Of a stretch of 64,000 nt of DNA, positions 9,320-20,338 are shown piece by piece; position 1 is the stretch's first letter; each line of letters begins with the position of its first letter. The stretch comes from a bacterium (lineage in GTDB: Bacteria; Patescibacteriota; Andersenbacteria; UBA10190; CAIZMI01): contig JAUSJG010000008.1 in NCBI GenBank assembly GCA_030647555.1, forward strand, positions 1,467-65,466, written 5' to 3'. A program made the position numbers and the translations under genes. The notes under the pieces were generated by a model. That model saw nothing but the letters and a program-made list of their open reading frames with translations, was not told where the DNA came from and made no database searches.

Positions 9320-11194
9320 ATGGCAGGCACGGAGCGTGTTTTGACGCTTCCGGAGTTGCAAAAAAGGGCACTCCGGGCGTTGGACGATGCACGGCTTGTT
9401 TGTTGGGCGCGGGACGAAAGTCTTAAGCCGAGGGAGGTTTTGCGTTTGGCGCAGGGGCTTAAGGGGTTGTCTCGTCGACAACCCGAGGCAGCAAGATGCA
9501 TGGCGGTGATCCGCCGTGACTATGGCCTAGAAGCCCTGGATCTATTTATCTCAAGCATGGCGCGAGCACGGGCGGAATTATCCGCCACGGAGCAGGCCCA
9601 CCGAGGAGAAATCATGGACACTCGAGTATTGCAGAGTATTGTTGGTTTGACTGATGTTCGCAAGAAGTTTGAGCTGTTACTGAAGAACGGTTACGCGAAA
9701 GAAGCGGCCGAGTTCTTGCTTGAACTGGCTACGAATGGCACGGCTTTTTGTTGGCTTTCTGTGGGTCAAGTAAGAATTGCAAATCCGCTTGGCGATGAGT
9801 TTTGTCAAGAAAAGAGCGGTTCTGCAATTTCCAGTGTGGTGTTTGTTTTTCGGAGGGAAATTGGGAAAGGATTTTTCCCTCTTGATGACCAAGAACAAAA
9901 ATCAGAATCAGAACTTTCAATTCGGTTAGTCAGCTTGGTGCCGATGTTGGAAAAGGCCGGTTTGACTGAAACTTGTCGCGTTGTCGCAATGGAGATCGTA
10001 AAGGCTGTGTTGGAAAATACCGTCAAACACGATCCGCGCGGTGAAGAAAGTCCTGCCAACTATTGGAATGTAGTGGGAACTACTGCGACGGCGCGGGAAC
10101 TTTGGCCGGTCGGTCAGCGGAATCTGGAAAACAATTCGTTGGCTTTTCAGGTCGAAATTTGGCAAGCACGTTTTCACTTTTTTGTCGGTGATCTTGGCCC
10201 GTTAACACAGCAAGTTTTACCGTCATTGGATGATGGTTACCGTGGAACGTTGGAAACGTACCAACAGCTCGATTGGTTGGTCGATTATCTGCAGGAATGC
10301 GGATGGACCATCGAGCAAGTTTGCCAAGAGTTTATCGATTGGCTGGAACGGCACGCGGAACATAATTTGAACAATCAGGTTTTTGTGGCCGTGGCCGGTT
10401 CCGCGCGTTTGCAGTACGGACTGTCTTTGTCGAAAGCTCACTTCGCGCTTCACAAACGTCTCGAATTCTGCTGGCGACAGTTGTGCAACGAGGATCCAAG
10501 AGTACTTTCGTTAGAGATGTTTGTTCAACTGGGACGGCTTGGCTTGTTTAGTAAAGATGACGCCAGTTTTTTCCTGCGCGAACTCACGGATTTGTTGGCG
10601 CGGGGAAGAGTGGCGTTAACGGCGCAGATTGTACGCGTACTTTGTTCTCTAACCTCGGTTGGTTTATGTCAATGTTTTTCAGGGCCTTATAGCGCGTTGA
10701 AAAAAACAGTGTTGGCGGAATTGGGAGAGCTTGCTCCCGAAGCCTTCGATCTGGCAATAGAAAGGCAAGCGTTCGGCGTTGCCGCCGCGCTTGGCCAGCA
10801 CTTCAACTGTGTGGATGAGGCAGCTTTACGCCTCGAGGCCAACAGATCATTGCGAGCGAAATTGGACGAGATCATTCCCGGTCCAGAAACGATGAAAAGC
10901 GCAGATCGAGAAGAAGTGCTCCTTTACGCGCTTGATGGTACCTGTCCTTCCATCGGAGACGAAGAAGATTGCTCGGACGCCACTCCCGAACTGATTGTCA
11001 TGGGAATGCCGGGGAAGGGTTGGAATGGCACCTTGACTCACGAGCAAGCGGAAAAGTATTTCGACGTGCGTGCACAGCGCGACGAATTGCTCAAGACTTT
11101 GGTTGAGATTCGCAAAACCGTGATCAAAGGATCGGTCGAAACGGCACTCGCGCTGGAAATGCCGATCGCGTTGGAAGTCGTAACGCTTCTGTAG
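9320..11194 (+). CDS. Hypothetical alpha-helical protein (ORFan-like)
   Basis: Long ORF with higher GC than its neighbours. GAGGTG SD precedes ATG 9320 (alternative start 9284). Has its own promoter and terminator. Confidence 0.75.
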   Translation: MAGTERVLTLPELQKRALRALDDARLVCWARDESLKPREVLRLAQGLKGLSRRQPEAARCMAVIRRDYGLEALDLFISSMARARAELSATEQAHRGEIMDTRVLQSIVGLTDVRKKFELLLKNGYAKEAAEFLLELATNGTAFCWLSVGQVRIANPLGDEFCQEKSGSAISSVVFVFRREIGKGFFPLDDQEQKSESELSIRLVSLVPMLEKAGLTETCRVVAMEIVKAVLENTVKHDPRGEESPANYWNVVGTTATARELWPVGQRNLENNSLAFQVEIWQARFHFFVGDLGPLTQQVLPSLDDGYRGTLETYQQLDWLVDYLQECGWTIEQVCQEFIDWLERHAEHNLNNQVFVAVAGSARLQYGLSLSKAHFALHKRLEFCWRQLCNEDPRVLSLEMFVQLGRLGLFSKDDASFFLRELTDLLARGRVALTAQIVRVLCSLTSVGLCQCFSGPYSALKKTVLAELGELAPEAFDLAIERQAFGVAAALGQHFNCVDEAALRLEANRSLRAKLDEIIPGPETMKSADREEVLLYALDGTCPSIGDEEDCSDATPELIVMGMPGKGWNGTLTHEQAEKYFDVRAQRDELLKTLVEIRKTVIKGSVETALALEMPIALEVVTLL

Positions 11195-11221
11195 TCAGTC
11201 GTAGTAGGTTAGTAGTTTGAC

Positions 11222-11253
11222 CCGCATGGTTCTTTGGAACTATGCGGTTTTTT
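11222..11253 (+). terminator. Intrinsic terminator
   Basis: CCGCATGGTTC-tttg-GAACTATGCGG followed by TTTTTT. Confidence 0.75.
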
Positions 11254-11271
11254 GTATTTGGCAGATGATTC

Positions 11272-11297
11272 GTAGGGGAGCACGTCCCCGTGCTCCC
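11272..11297 (+). repeat. GTAG-type REP hairpin
   Basis: GTAG followed by GGGAGCACG-tccc-CGTGCTCCC. Confidence 0.6.
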
Positions 11298-11331
11298 GCA
11301 ATAAAACGATATCAGTTTGTCACTCGGATAA

Positions 11332-11787
11332 TTACTTTTTGTATAATTCTAAGTAGTATTTATACATAGCACCGATATTGCTGGTAGGTATTTGTTTTAT
11401 CACAGAATAAGCTGAGAAATGATTCTTGTTCAAAACTATCGGATTTCCATCCGATACTTTTATTAGATACCCGGTTGATAAATCTTGTCTATTATTTTCC
11501 GTATTAAATTTGCCTACAAACTGACTGAGCATTATTTTATCTTTTGGATTGATATTTAAACCAACCTCTTGTTGGGCGATTCTTGTAAGTGTGGCATCTA
11601 TACTTTCTCCCTTTAACATCCGCAAACCAGGGAGTGCCCATTGATTTTTGTATGGAGCGATTTTTCGCTTTACCAAAATTACTCCTTCATCGCCGTATTC
11701 AATAATAAGATCAAAGGTGGGAATAACAGCCCATTCCAAAATTAGATCAAATATTTCATTGGGGGCAAAACCCTTGTACTCCTTCAT
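11332..11787 (-). CDS. NUDIX hydrolase (GDP-mannose mannosyl hydrolase-like)
   Basis: WALPGLRMLKGESIDATLTRIAQQEVG is a modified Nudix box. Confidence 0.8.
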   Translation of the reverse strand: MKEYKGFAPNEIFDLILEWAVIPTFDLIIEYGDEGVILVKRKIAPYKNQWALPGLRMLKGESIDATLTRIAQQEVGLNINPKDKIMLSQFVGKFNTENNRQDLSTGYLIKVSDGNPIVLNKNHFSAYSVIKQIPTSNIGAMYKYYLELYKK

Positions 11788-11789
11788 TA

Positions 11790-12062
11790 CTATTTCTGTT
11801 TTTGTATAGATTCGATAACCAAACGGACATTCGGATTTTCTGAAGGAACGATATTGATTTTTCCCTTTCCATAAGTTTCTTCCAGACCGTGAAAAAACTC
11901 ATCAGCCCACGACGGAGTAATAACGGTTACTTGGCTAAAATCAAGTTCAATTTGTTCTTTTGTATCTTTTGGGATTGTGTATGCTTGCGCGGCCAATAGC
12001 GCTTCGCGGCCAGCCGGTCGCGAAATCAAAAACTTGCCAAATTTACTCATATCGATACGCAT
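11790..12062 (-). CDS. STAS-like DUF4325 protein
   Basis: LISRPAG and IELDFSQVTVITPSWADEFF motifs. Confidence 0.8.
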   Translation of the reverse strand: MRIDMSKFGKFLISRPAGREALLAAQAYTIPKDTKEQIELDFSQVTVITPSWADEFFHGLEETYGKGKINIVPSENPNVRLVIESIQKQK

Positions 12063-12071
12063 AATTATAGT

Positions 12072-12671
12072 TTATCTTGTATTCATTATTATTTCAACTT
12101 CGGCATAGGTGCCATATACAAATTCTTGTTTATCTTGTACAAATGAAGCCACAACGCTTTCGTTTATTGGAAAAACTGTTTCAAATTTAGCGTCGCCTGT
12201 TTGAATGAAAAAATGTGCCTCGGGAAATTCTTGATTTAGTGATTTCATGATAAATTTTAATCCTCTTCCGCGATTTTCAGGTTGGCGGCCACTTATCTGC
12301 TTGGTCAACGCAACAATTAAGGCATCATGATGGGAGGTTAGATTTTTGTCTGCTTGTTGTAGGGAACGTAAAACTCCCTGTCCGCGGTCTGCAATAATGA
12401 TCCGTAAAACATTATTTTGTACTTCAAAAGAAAACCAACAACCGGATATATCCTTCCATGAACCCAAATTATGATCAAAACAGTTGGTTGTAAGTTCGGC
12501 GGCAAGAGCCGTGAGGAGCGCTGTTTTTTCTTCAGCAAGGCCATTGGCGATTGCTTCTTGGTATAATTTTGGCAGGCGGCCGTCGGCAATATCGCGCGTT
12601 GGACAATAATATTGAGGTGGTGGTTCATTCACAAAATTTTCTTTTGCCCAAATTATTGCTTGATTTTCCAT
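12072..12671 (-). CDS. GHKL/HATPase_c-like ATP-binding protein
   Basis: N box ELTTNCFDH, G1 box DRGQG and G2 box RGRGL; paired with DUF4325. Confidence 0.8.
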   Translation of the reverse strand: MENQAIIWAKENFVNEPPPQYYCPTRDIADGRLPKLYQEAIANGLAEEKTALLTALAAELTTNCFDHNLGSWKDISGCWFSFEVQNNVLRIIIADRGQGVLRSLQQADKNLTSHHDALIVALTKQISGRQPENRGRGLKFIMKSLNQEFPEAHFFIQTGDAKFETVFPINESVVASFVQDKQEFVYGTYAEVEIIMNTR

Positions 12672-12800
12672 AGAGCTATTATACATCGCTTTTACAAAAT
12701 GTGTCCGTATCCAGTAATTATTTTGTCTTTCTTGCTTCTTGTTCGAAAATTATTTATTCTATTATAGTCAAAGGAGGACGGCGTTCCGACTTCCGATATC

Positions 12801-12836
12801 CCGCCCATCTGGGCGAGGCTCGCCCTGAGGGGCGGC
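12801..12836 (+). repeat. REP-like element CCGCCCATC..GGCGAG..TCGCCCTGA.GGGCGG
   Basis: Near-identical copies at 26509-26546 and, reversed, at 50681-50716 and 50731-50766. Confidence 0.8.
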
Positions 12837-12857
12837 TGACTTCCGATCTCCTCGTAC

Positions 12858-12957
12858 GGCCTCATCGTCTAACGGCTAGGACGAAGCGTTCTCAACGCTT
12901 AAATCGGAGTTCGCCCGCCAAAACGGCGGGCGCCCGCTGAAATAGCGGGCGATTCTC
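12858..12957 (+). pseudogene. Truncated duplicate of tRNA-Glu interrupted in the T-loop
   Basis: 12858-12913 is identical to the tRNA 5' part, followed by a 38-nt double-hairpin insert and ATTCTC. The 3' acceptor strand is missing. Confidence 0.85.
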
Positions 12958-13010
12958 TAGTATGATTTTGCAATAGACAACCGCAAGAAAACAGATAAAA
13001 CTGTAAATAC

Positions 13011-13085
13011 GGCCTCATCGTCTAACGGCTAGGACGAAGCGTTCTCAACGCTTAAATCGGAGTTCGATTCTCCGTGAGGCTACCA
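13011..13085 (+). tRNA. tRNA-Glu (anticodon CTC)
   Basis: Acceptor stem GGCCTCA/TGAGGCT, anticodon arm AAGCG-TTCTCAA-CGCTT, T-arm GTTCGATTC and encoded CCA. Confidence 0.96.
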
Positions 13086-13090
13086 ATGTT

Positions 13091-13771
13091 TTATTGCTGT
13101 TGTTTCAGCAGTTTCGAGCAATCCGCTTCCTTCATATATGTTCTGGTTGGTAGGTTATCTGACAGAAAACTGCCCATGCTTTGTACACCAGATTTTGTGC
13201 GTTCCCAAAAACTTAACTGTTTGGACGCTAGTGGGTTGGGATTTGGGGCAGGAGTGGCCGGAAAATCTTTTGGCAGAATCTCTATTTCTAATTTTTTGGC
13301 GCCGAAGGCGATTGCTTCCTTTGTTGTCGGGTGCCAGATGTCGATAATTTTTACGCCGTTGTATTTGGCGTTCATTCGATCTTCTACGGTATAAAAATCA
13401 TTGCCGATTTTCAAACGGGTGCCAATTGGAAGAAAATTGGTGGCAACTACTCCTTTGCGAACAACAGTGCCAGACGCGGTAATGCATGGCGACGCATCGT
13501 TTTGATCGACAGTGGGCGAATAGGCGACGGCAGTGACTTTAAATTTTTGACCGACTTTTGGGGAAAGGTATCCGACAGTACTCATTTGCAATTTACTGAA
13601 AGCGTCACCAATCGCGCTAAACCAGCCAACCTTTTTTTCTTCGGTTACTGTGATTCTGTAGCGCGGGGAGTTGATTTGTTGGGCAAAGGCAATAGAACTC
13701 ATGATAAGAATGAGTAATGAAGTTGCGACAACAGAGTATTTCCAGGATGATTTTTTGTGTTTCTTTGGCAC
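13091..13771 (-). CDS. 3D-domain (MltA-like) cell-wall protein
   Basis: TAVAYSPTVDQND, TASG, VATNFLPIGT, VEDRM and IDIW motifs; signal peptide. Confidence 0.85.
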   Translation of the reverse strand: MPKKHKKSSWKYSVVATSLLILIMSSIAFAQQINSPRYRITVTEEKKVGWFSAIGDAFSKLQMSTVGYLSPKVGQKFKVTAVAYSPTVDQNDASPCITASGTVVRKGVVATNFLPIGTRLKIGNDFYTVEDRMNAKYNGVKIIDIWHPTTKEAIAFGAKKLEIEILPKDFPATPAPNPNPLASKQLSFWERTKSGVQSMGSFLSDNLPTRTYMKEADCSKLLKQQQ

Positions 13772-13840
13772 TAATATAAGTATATAGTGAGAGAAAAAAT
13801 AAATCCAAAGCTGGAGTTTGGAAATAATTTTTCAGTCTCC

Positions 13841-13933
13841 AATTTGAAATTTGAAATCAATTTTTAATATCTAAATTTGAAATACGAACGCGTTTTTCAA
13901 ATTAATTTATTACGATATTTCAAATTTCAAATT
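13841..13933. repeat. Heptamer-armed palindrome, family C (AATTTGA units)
   Basis: AATTTGAAATTTGAAAT ... ATTTCAAATTTCAAATT around the GC-rich centre GAACGCGTT. Confidence 0.7.
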
Positions 13934-13994
13934 AAAAATTCACAAAATAAGATTGCTTTTCTACTGATGTATTTATAACAGTATGGTCTTCTCT

Positions 13995-15806
13995 CTATCT
14001 CTTCGCTTTCGAACGTATTGTCGCGTTCAAAATCTTTTTGCGAAGACGTAGATTTTTTGGTGTGACTTCCAATAATTCGTCTTCTTCCAAGAAGTCCAAA
14101 CATTGTTCCAGGCTGAAAATTGTCGGCGGGGTAAGGATGAGAGCATCATCGGAGCCGGAAGCGCGCATGTTGGAAAGACGCTTTTCTTTGGTGACGTTAA
14201 TTTCAATATCTTCTTCACGAGAATTAAGCCCGATAATCATTCCTTCATAAACTTCCGTCTGTGGTCCGGTAAATACTGTGCCGCGTCCTTGCGCGATATT
14301 TAAGCCATACGAAAAGGTTTTGCCTGTTTCAGATGAAATCAACACACCGTTGCGGAGTTGTTGCAAAAGCGCGCCCATTTTATCGAAGCGTAGGAATTGC
14401 GAGTTCATCACCGCTGTTCCACGTGATGCTGTCATGAGGGTGCTACGCAAACCAATCAAGCCACGCGTAGTAATTTCAAAAGTCAGGTGGGTGGTGTTGT
14501 CGGAATTAACGGTGTTGCCAAGTAGTACTCCGCGACGACGACCGATTTCGCTGGTGACCGTACCGACATGTTGTGTTTCAACGTCGACTGTTAATTCTTC
14601 GATTGGTTCCATTAAAACACCATCGACCATCTTTGTGATGACGTGTGGTTTACCGACTTCCAATTCGAAGCCTTCACGACGGAGTGTTTCGATAAACACG
14701 GACAAATGTAATTCACCGCGACCACACAACACGTATTCACCGGCATCACTGCGATCAAATTTCATGGAGACGTTTGTTTCCAATTCTTTGTTGATGCGAT
14801 CCAAAATTTGGCGGGATGTGACAAACTGGCCTTCGCGACCGGCAAACGGGGAGGTGTTGGCACCGATGGACATTTTTAATGTCGGTTCTTGGATGGCAAT
14901 CGTCGGTAAAACATCAGGATGTTCCGCATCGGCCACCGTATCGCCAATTTTGACGTTTTTAAGGCCCGTGAGGGCGACAATGTCACCCGCAACGGCTTCT
15001 TGCACTTCTTCACGGCTTAATCCGCGATTTACAAACACCTTATCGATTTTGGTGTTTTCAATTTTGTTATCTTTGTCGATAATTGCAATCGCCATACCGG
15101 GTTTCGCCACGCCACGGCGCACTTTTCCAACGGCATATTTTCCGCGGTAGTCGTCCCAATCAAGAGCGGCAATCAAAATTTGAAACGGCTTTTCCGGTTC
15201 AATAAATGGCGGTGGAATGTGTTTGATAATCGCTTCAAAAATTGGTGTCAGGTCGGCAGGAGCAGTCATATCGGCCGGCATTTCGTTCCAGGCTTTTCCT
15301 TCGCGACCGATAGCGTACAGAACGGGGAATTCCAAGTGATGGTCGTGCGTGGCCAGTTCCAAAAACAGGTCGTTGGTTTCTTCCAGGGCTTCTTCGACTC
15401 TAGCGTCACGCTTGTCGATTTTGTTGATGACAACGATTGGTTTTAGTCCAAGTTCAAAGGCTTTTTTCAAAACAAATTTTGTTTGGGGCATCGGACCTTC
15501 TTGCGCGTCGATCACCAAAACAACGCCGTCCGCCATATTGAGTGTGCGTTCCACTTCACCGGAAAAATCGGCGTGACCGGGAGTGTCGACGATGTTGATT
15601 TTCGTGTCTTTGTACATGACCGCCGTGTTTTTGGCCAAAATTGTGATGCCACGTTCGCGTTCCTGGTCGTTACTATCCATAATCAACGTCTGCGACATTA
15701 CCGCTTCGTTTTCACGAAACGTATGTGCCTGTTTTAAAAGACCATCAACTAAAGTGGTCTTCCCATGATCGACGTGGGCAATAATAGCGACGTTGCGAAT
15801 TTCCAT
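13995..15806 (-). CDS. typA: Translational GTPase TypA/BipA
   Basis: [35 protein letters not shown] and C-terminal [12 protein letters not shown]. Confidence 0.98.
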   Translation of the reverse strand: MEIRNVAIIAHVDHGKTTLVDGLLKQAHTFRENEAVMSQTLIMDSNDQERERGITILAKNTAVMYKDTKINIVDTPGHADFSGEVERTLNMADGVVLVIDAQEGPMPQTKFVLKKAFELGLKPIVVINKIDKRDARVEEALEETNDLFLELATHDHHLEFPVLYAIGREGKAWNEMPADMTAPADLTPIFEAIIKHIPPPFIEPEKPFQILIAALDWDDYRGKYAVGKVRRGVAKPGMAIAIIDKDNKIENTKIDKVFVNRGLSREEVQEAVAGDIVALTGLKNVKIGDTVADAEHPDVLPTIAIQEPTLKMSIGANTSPFAGREGQFVTSRQILDRINKELETNVSMKFDRSDAGEYVLCGRGELHLSVFIETLRREGFELEVGKPHVITKMVDGVLMEPIEELTVDVETQHVGTVTSEIGRRRGVLLGNTVNSDNTTHLTFEITTRGLIGLRSTLMTASRGTAVMNSQFLRFDKMGALLQQLRNGVLISSETGKTFSYGLNIAQGRGTVFTGPQTEVYEGMIIGLNSREEDIEINVTKEKRLSNMRASGSDDALILTPPTIFSLEQCLDFLEEDELLEVTPKNLRLRKKILNATIRSKAKR

Positions 15807-15943
15807 GACGGCAATTAGAAACTAGAACTTAGGGTTTAATAATATATTGAACGGATGAAGTATAGCTGTGGTTGTAGTTTTTGGCAAGCGTTCACGATGC
15901 TAAATTTTTGACGTCTCAATAATTTAGTAATAACATTATACAC

Positions 15944-16735
15944 ATGAATAAAACAATTAAAACAGTGATATTTATTGTGGCGATAGTTGTAATCGTGATT
16001 ATAGGTTTATTATTTTTTGTGTCTAAGAAGGGAAATACTGTAAATAATGAACAAAAGGCAGGTAATGTTTCTTCTTGGACTTGCGGGAGTCCTTTGGTTG
16101 ATACTCGGGACGCAAAAAATTACAAGACTGTGCTGATCGGAAAACAGTGTTGGATGGCGGAGAATATCAACGTGGGGATTAAAATTGCTGGTTCTGAGAA
16201 TCAAGGAACAAACTGTAGTTCGATTCAAAAATACTGCTATGATGATAATGATAATAACTGCAAATTATATGGCGGACTTTACCAGTGGAACCAGACTATG
16301 TGCGGTTCAATCACGGCCGGCACTCAAGGAATTTGTCCAATTGGCTGGCATGTTCCATCTCACGATGAATTTACTACCCTAGAAAGAGCCGTATGTATTT
16401 CTAGTACCTGCGCAACTGATTTTCCGTATGATTCTTCAAATTATATTGGTGAAAGGGGTACCAATGAGGGGCGTGTGTTAAGGGTAGGCGGAACATCAAA
16501 ATTTAATGTTATGTTTGCGGGAAGTAGGTACCCAACGGGAGAGTATAATTCCAAAACAGCCTCTGGATCATTTAACGCGATTAACGTTTGGGGTACTTTT
16601 TGGTCATCTTCAACAAGACCACCGGCCACCTGGAGTGCGTGGGATCGAACTTTTGATTCGGGAAAGTCAACAATTTACCGAATAGATAATGAAAGGGGAT
16701 ATGGTGTTTCCGTTCGTTGTCTGAAAAACAAATAG
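15944..16735 (+). CDS. FISUMP (Fibrobacter succinogenes major paralogous) domain protein
   Basis: DTRDAKNYKTVLIGKQCWMAEN, YGGLYQW, CPIGWHVPS and GVSVRCLK motifs; N-terminal anchor. Confidence 0.9.
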   Translation: MNKTIKTVIFIVAIVVIVIIGLLFFVSKKGNTVNNEQKAGNVSSWTCGSPLVDTRDAKNYKTVLIGKQCWMAENINVGIKIAGSENQGTNCSSIQKYCYDDNDNNCKLYGGLYQWNQTMCGSITAGTQGICPIGWHVPSHDEFTTLERAVCISSTCATDFPYDSSNYIGERGTNEGRVLRVGGTSKFNVMFAGSRYPTGEYNSKTASGSFNAINVWGTFWSSSTRPPATWSAWDRTFDSGKSTIYRIDNERGYGVSVRCLKNK

Positions 16736-16739
16736 AATT

Positions 16740-17096
16740 TTATTCCGCTTCGTGGATTTCTTTGTTTTCCATGTTTACCAAACTCTTTTTGATTTTGAGA
16801 TGGGGGAAGGCTTGGGCAATTTTGGCTTCTAACTTTTGCATTACTTCGAAGTGGTCTTCTTTTGTTTCACTGCCACCGTGTGCCGCACAGTTCATGTGAT
16901 CGTGGATGATGACTTCGTCGAAAGCGCCCTTGATTGCCTCGAGTGAGCGCATTTCGTCAGCGAGTGTTTCAAAATATTTGAGGGCACCGACGGCGCCACC
17001 GACAAAGGATAAAACGTACGGACCTTGGGGGATACATTCTTTAAATTCGTCTTCGTACATGCGATGATCGACACATAAGACCATGAAGGATTTCAT
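16740..17096 (-). CDS. Minimal beta-carbonic-anhydrase-like Zn protein
   Basis: CVDHR, VGGA and HMNCAA (CxDxR...HxxC). Confidence 0.65.
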   Translation of the reverse strand: MKSFMVLCVDHRMYEDEFKECIPQGPYVLSFVGGAVGALKYFETLADEMRSLEAIKGAFDEVIIHDHMNCAAHGGSETKEDHFEVMQKLEAKIAQAFPHLKIKKSLVNMENKEIHEAE

Positions 17097-17149
17097 AAAT
17101 TGATATTATTAGGATTTAGTTGATAAATAATACTTTTGAGGGATTTAGA

Positions 17150-17300
17150 TTTGTATATTGTATTTGGTATATAGTATATGGGTTTATTGACAATAAATCG
17201 TAAGATATTGTTTTGCGGCTGATTATTTCTTGGTCGGAATTTTATATTACAACTTTGGGATAATAATTCAATATACTATATACTAAATACTATATACAAA
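17150..17300. repeat. Heptamer-armed cassette, family A, copy 2
   Basis: Same arms as 9042; the core is homologous to that of copy 1. Confidence 0.9.
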
Positions 17301-17361
17301 GAGCTACTGGAGTTTGCCGCGCCCATGCACCACAAGGGTGCAGGGCTCGCAAAGACTGATG

Positions 17362-17796
17362 CTATACGCGGTGTTTCTTGCGACGCAACTCTGCTACCTT
17401 AAGTCTCGCCATACTCTGTTCTATCACCGACGTTGCTTCGGCAAGTGATACCTGATCCTTGGCAGTCTTTTGCATTTCCATTGCACGTTCCAGTGCTTCT
17501 TTGGCGTGCATTTCGTTGATGTCTTCGGCTCTCTCTGCTGTGTCGGCTAAAAGGCGGGCGCGTTTTCCATCGATTTCCATTAAGCCACCGGATGTTGCTA
17601 GGTGTTCGAGATTCGCATCAGGATCGCCTTCTTTTTTTCGAACGGAAATTACGCCAGGTGTCACAATATTTATTAACGGCATGTGGTGCGGGAAGATTCC
17701 TATTTGTCCATTTGGTGTTGGCACCAGGATCTCATATACATCTTCCTGTAACTTGAGTCCTTCCGGCGTAACTAATTCGAATGATATTGAAGTCAT
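17362..17796 (-). CDS. atpC: ATP synthase epsilon subunit
   Basis: FELVTPE, GQIGIFPHHMPL, GGLMEI and LADTAERAEDI motifs. Confidence 0.95.
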   Translation of the reverse strand: MTSISFELVTPEGLKLQEDVYEILVPTPNGQIGIFPHHMPLINIVTPGVISVRKKEGDPDANLEHLATSGGLMEIDGKRARLLADTAERAEDINEMHAKEALERAMEMQKTAKDQVSLAEATSVIEQSMARLKVAELRRKKHRV

Positions 17797-17802
17797 GTGA
17801 AA

Positions 17803-17929
17803 AATTTTCAATTATCAATTGCCAATTATCAATGAATTATCAATTCTTAAATTATCAAACGACGACGTCGAAAATTGATCATTGAGCCATTTGATAATTA
17901 ATTGAAAATTGGTCATTGAAAATTGATAA

Positions 17930-17930
<1 letters not shown>
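17803..17930. repeat. Heptamer-armed palindrome, family B (AATTATC units), copy 1
   Basis: (AATTWTC)n, centre GACGACGTCG, then (GAWAATT)n; fills the atpD-atpC gap. Confidence 0.88.
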
Positions 17931-19345
<1,415 letters not shown>

Positions 19346-19372
19346 TTAAGATTCTACAATTTAATAGTTGCT

Positions 19373-19414
19373 GAGATTGCTTCGCCTCGCCCCTTGGCGA
19401 TGGCTCGCAAAGAC
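19373..19414. repeat. REP/RPE-like element GATTGCTTCG...CTCGCAAAGAC
   Basis: Reverse-orientation copy at 48601-48635 and a partial relative at about 17314-17356. Confidence 0.7.
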
Positions 19415-19423
19415 GGACGGGTA

Positions 19424-20299
19424 TCACGCTGTCGCATCTGCTCCTGATGTTATCTCTGAAAGTTCCTGGGTAATCGCTGCTTGACGTACTGTGTTGTATG
19501 TCAATGAGAGATCATCCATAATATCGCTCGCGTTATCAGATGCATTTTTCATGGCCATCATCCGCATCGCTTGTTCAGAGGCGATTGCTTCCAGGTTGGC
19601 TTGATAAATTTGCATTTCAATAAGCCTGGGAAGAATGAATTGAAGAACAAGTTCCGGTGACGGCTCAAAAGCGGTGTCTTCATTGATGTTCATCTGGATT
19701 TTTGACGGAGCCAAAGTTGCCGGGTCGATTGGCAGGATTGTGTGCAAGGTCGCGGTCTGGCGAATGGTGGAGACATAGTCGGTGAATAAAACACCGACGC
19801 GATCGATTTGGCCTTCGGAAAAAAGATTAATTGCCGTGGAGGTAATTGGTCTCAAATCAACTGTGGTTGGTTCGCTTGGCCAATTGGTGTAAAGACCAGT
19901 AAGTTCGATACTATCTTTTATTTTACTGACAAACTGTCCGCCTTTTTGTCCAATGATAATCGTCTTAACTTTAATCGTTGGATTTTCTTCAATGTGGCTG
20001 ATTAGTTTTCGAAAGATATTACCGTTGTAGGCGCCGGCCAAGCCACGGTCGCTGGTAAACACAATCAACAGTTCACTTACGACTTCGCGCTTGGCAAAGA
20101 GCGGGTGCAGGTCGCCGGAAACAATCTTGCGTAGACGGTGCAGTGCTTCTCGCGCCGTGTAGGAGTACATTCGGGAGCGCAGAGCCGCTTCTTGGCAACG
20201 GTGCAACTTACTGGCGGCCACCATTTGCATCGTTTTAGTAATCTGGTGAATATTTTTCACCGATTTTATGCGACGGCGGATGGATTGCGCTTTGGCCAT
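19424..20299 (-). CDS. atpG: ATP synthase gamma subunit
   Basis: ITKTMQMVAASK, TSDRGLAG, RMMAMKNASDNA and RQAAITQEL motifs. Confidence 0.98.
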   Translation of the reverse strand: MAKAQSIRRRIKSVKNIHQITKTMQMVAASKLHRCQEAALRSRMYSYTAREALHRLRKIVSGDLHPLFAKREVVSELLIVFTSDRGLAGAYNGNIFRKLISHIEENPTIKVKTIIIGQKGGQFVSKIKDSIELTGLYTNWPSEPTTVDLRPITSTAINLFSEGQIDRVGVLFTDYVSTIRQTATLHTILPIDPATLAPSKIQMNINEDTAFEPSPELVLQFILPRLIEMQIYQANLEAIASEQAMRMMAMKNASDNASDIMDDLSLTYNTVRQAAITQELSEITSGADATA

Positions 20300-20338
20300 G
20301 ACGGGGAATTATGAATGACGAATGATGATTGATGAGAA

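Noticed and set aside
12858-12957. Intron-containing functional tRNA or prophage att site
   Set aside because: The 3' acceptor strand is absent even after removing the insert, and there is no integrase or island between the copies.
14278-15150. 290-aa plus-strand ORF and similar shadow ORFs
   Set aside because: They are antisense to typA and other well-supported genes and show no independent signal.
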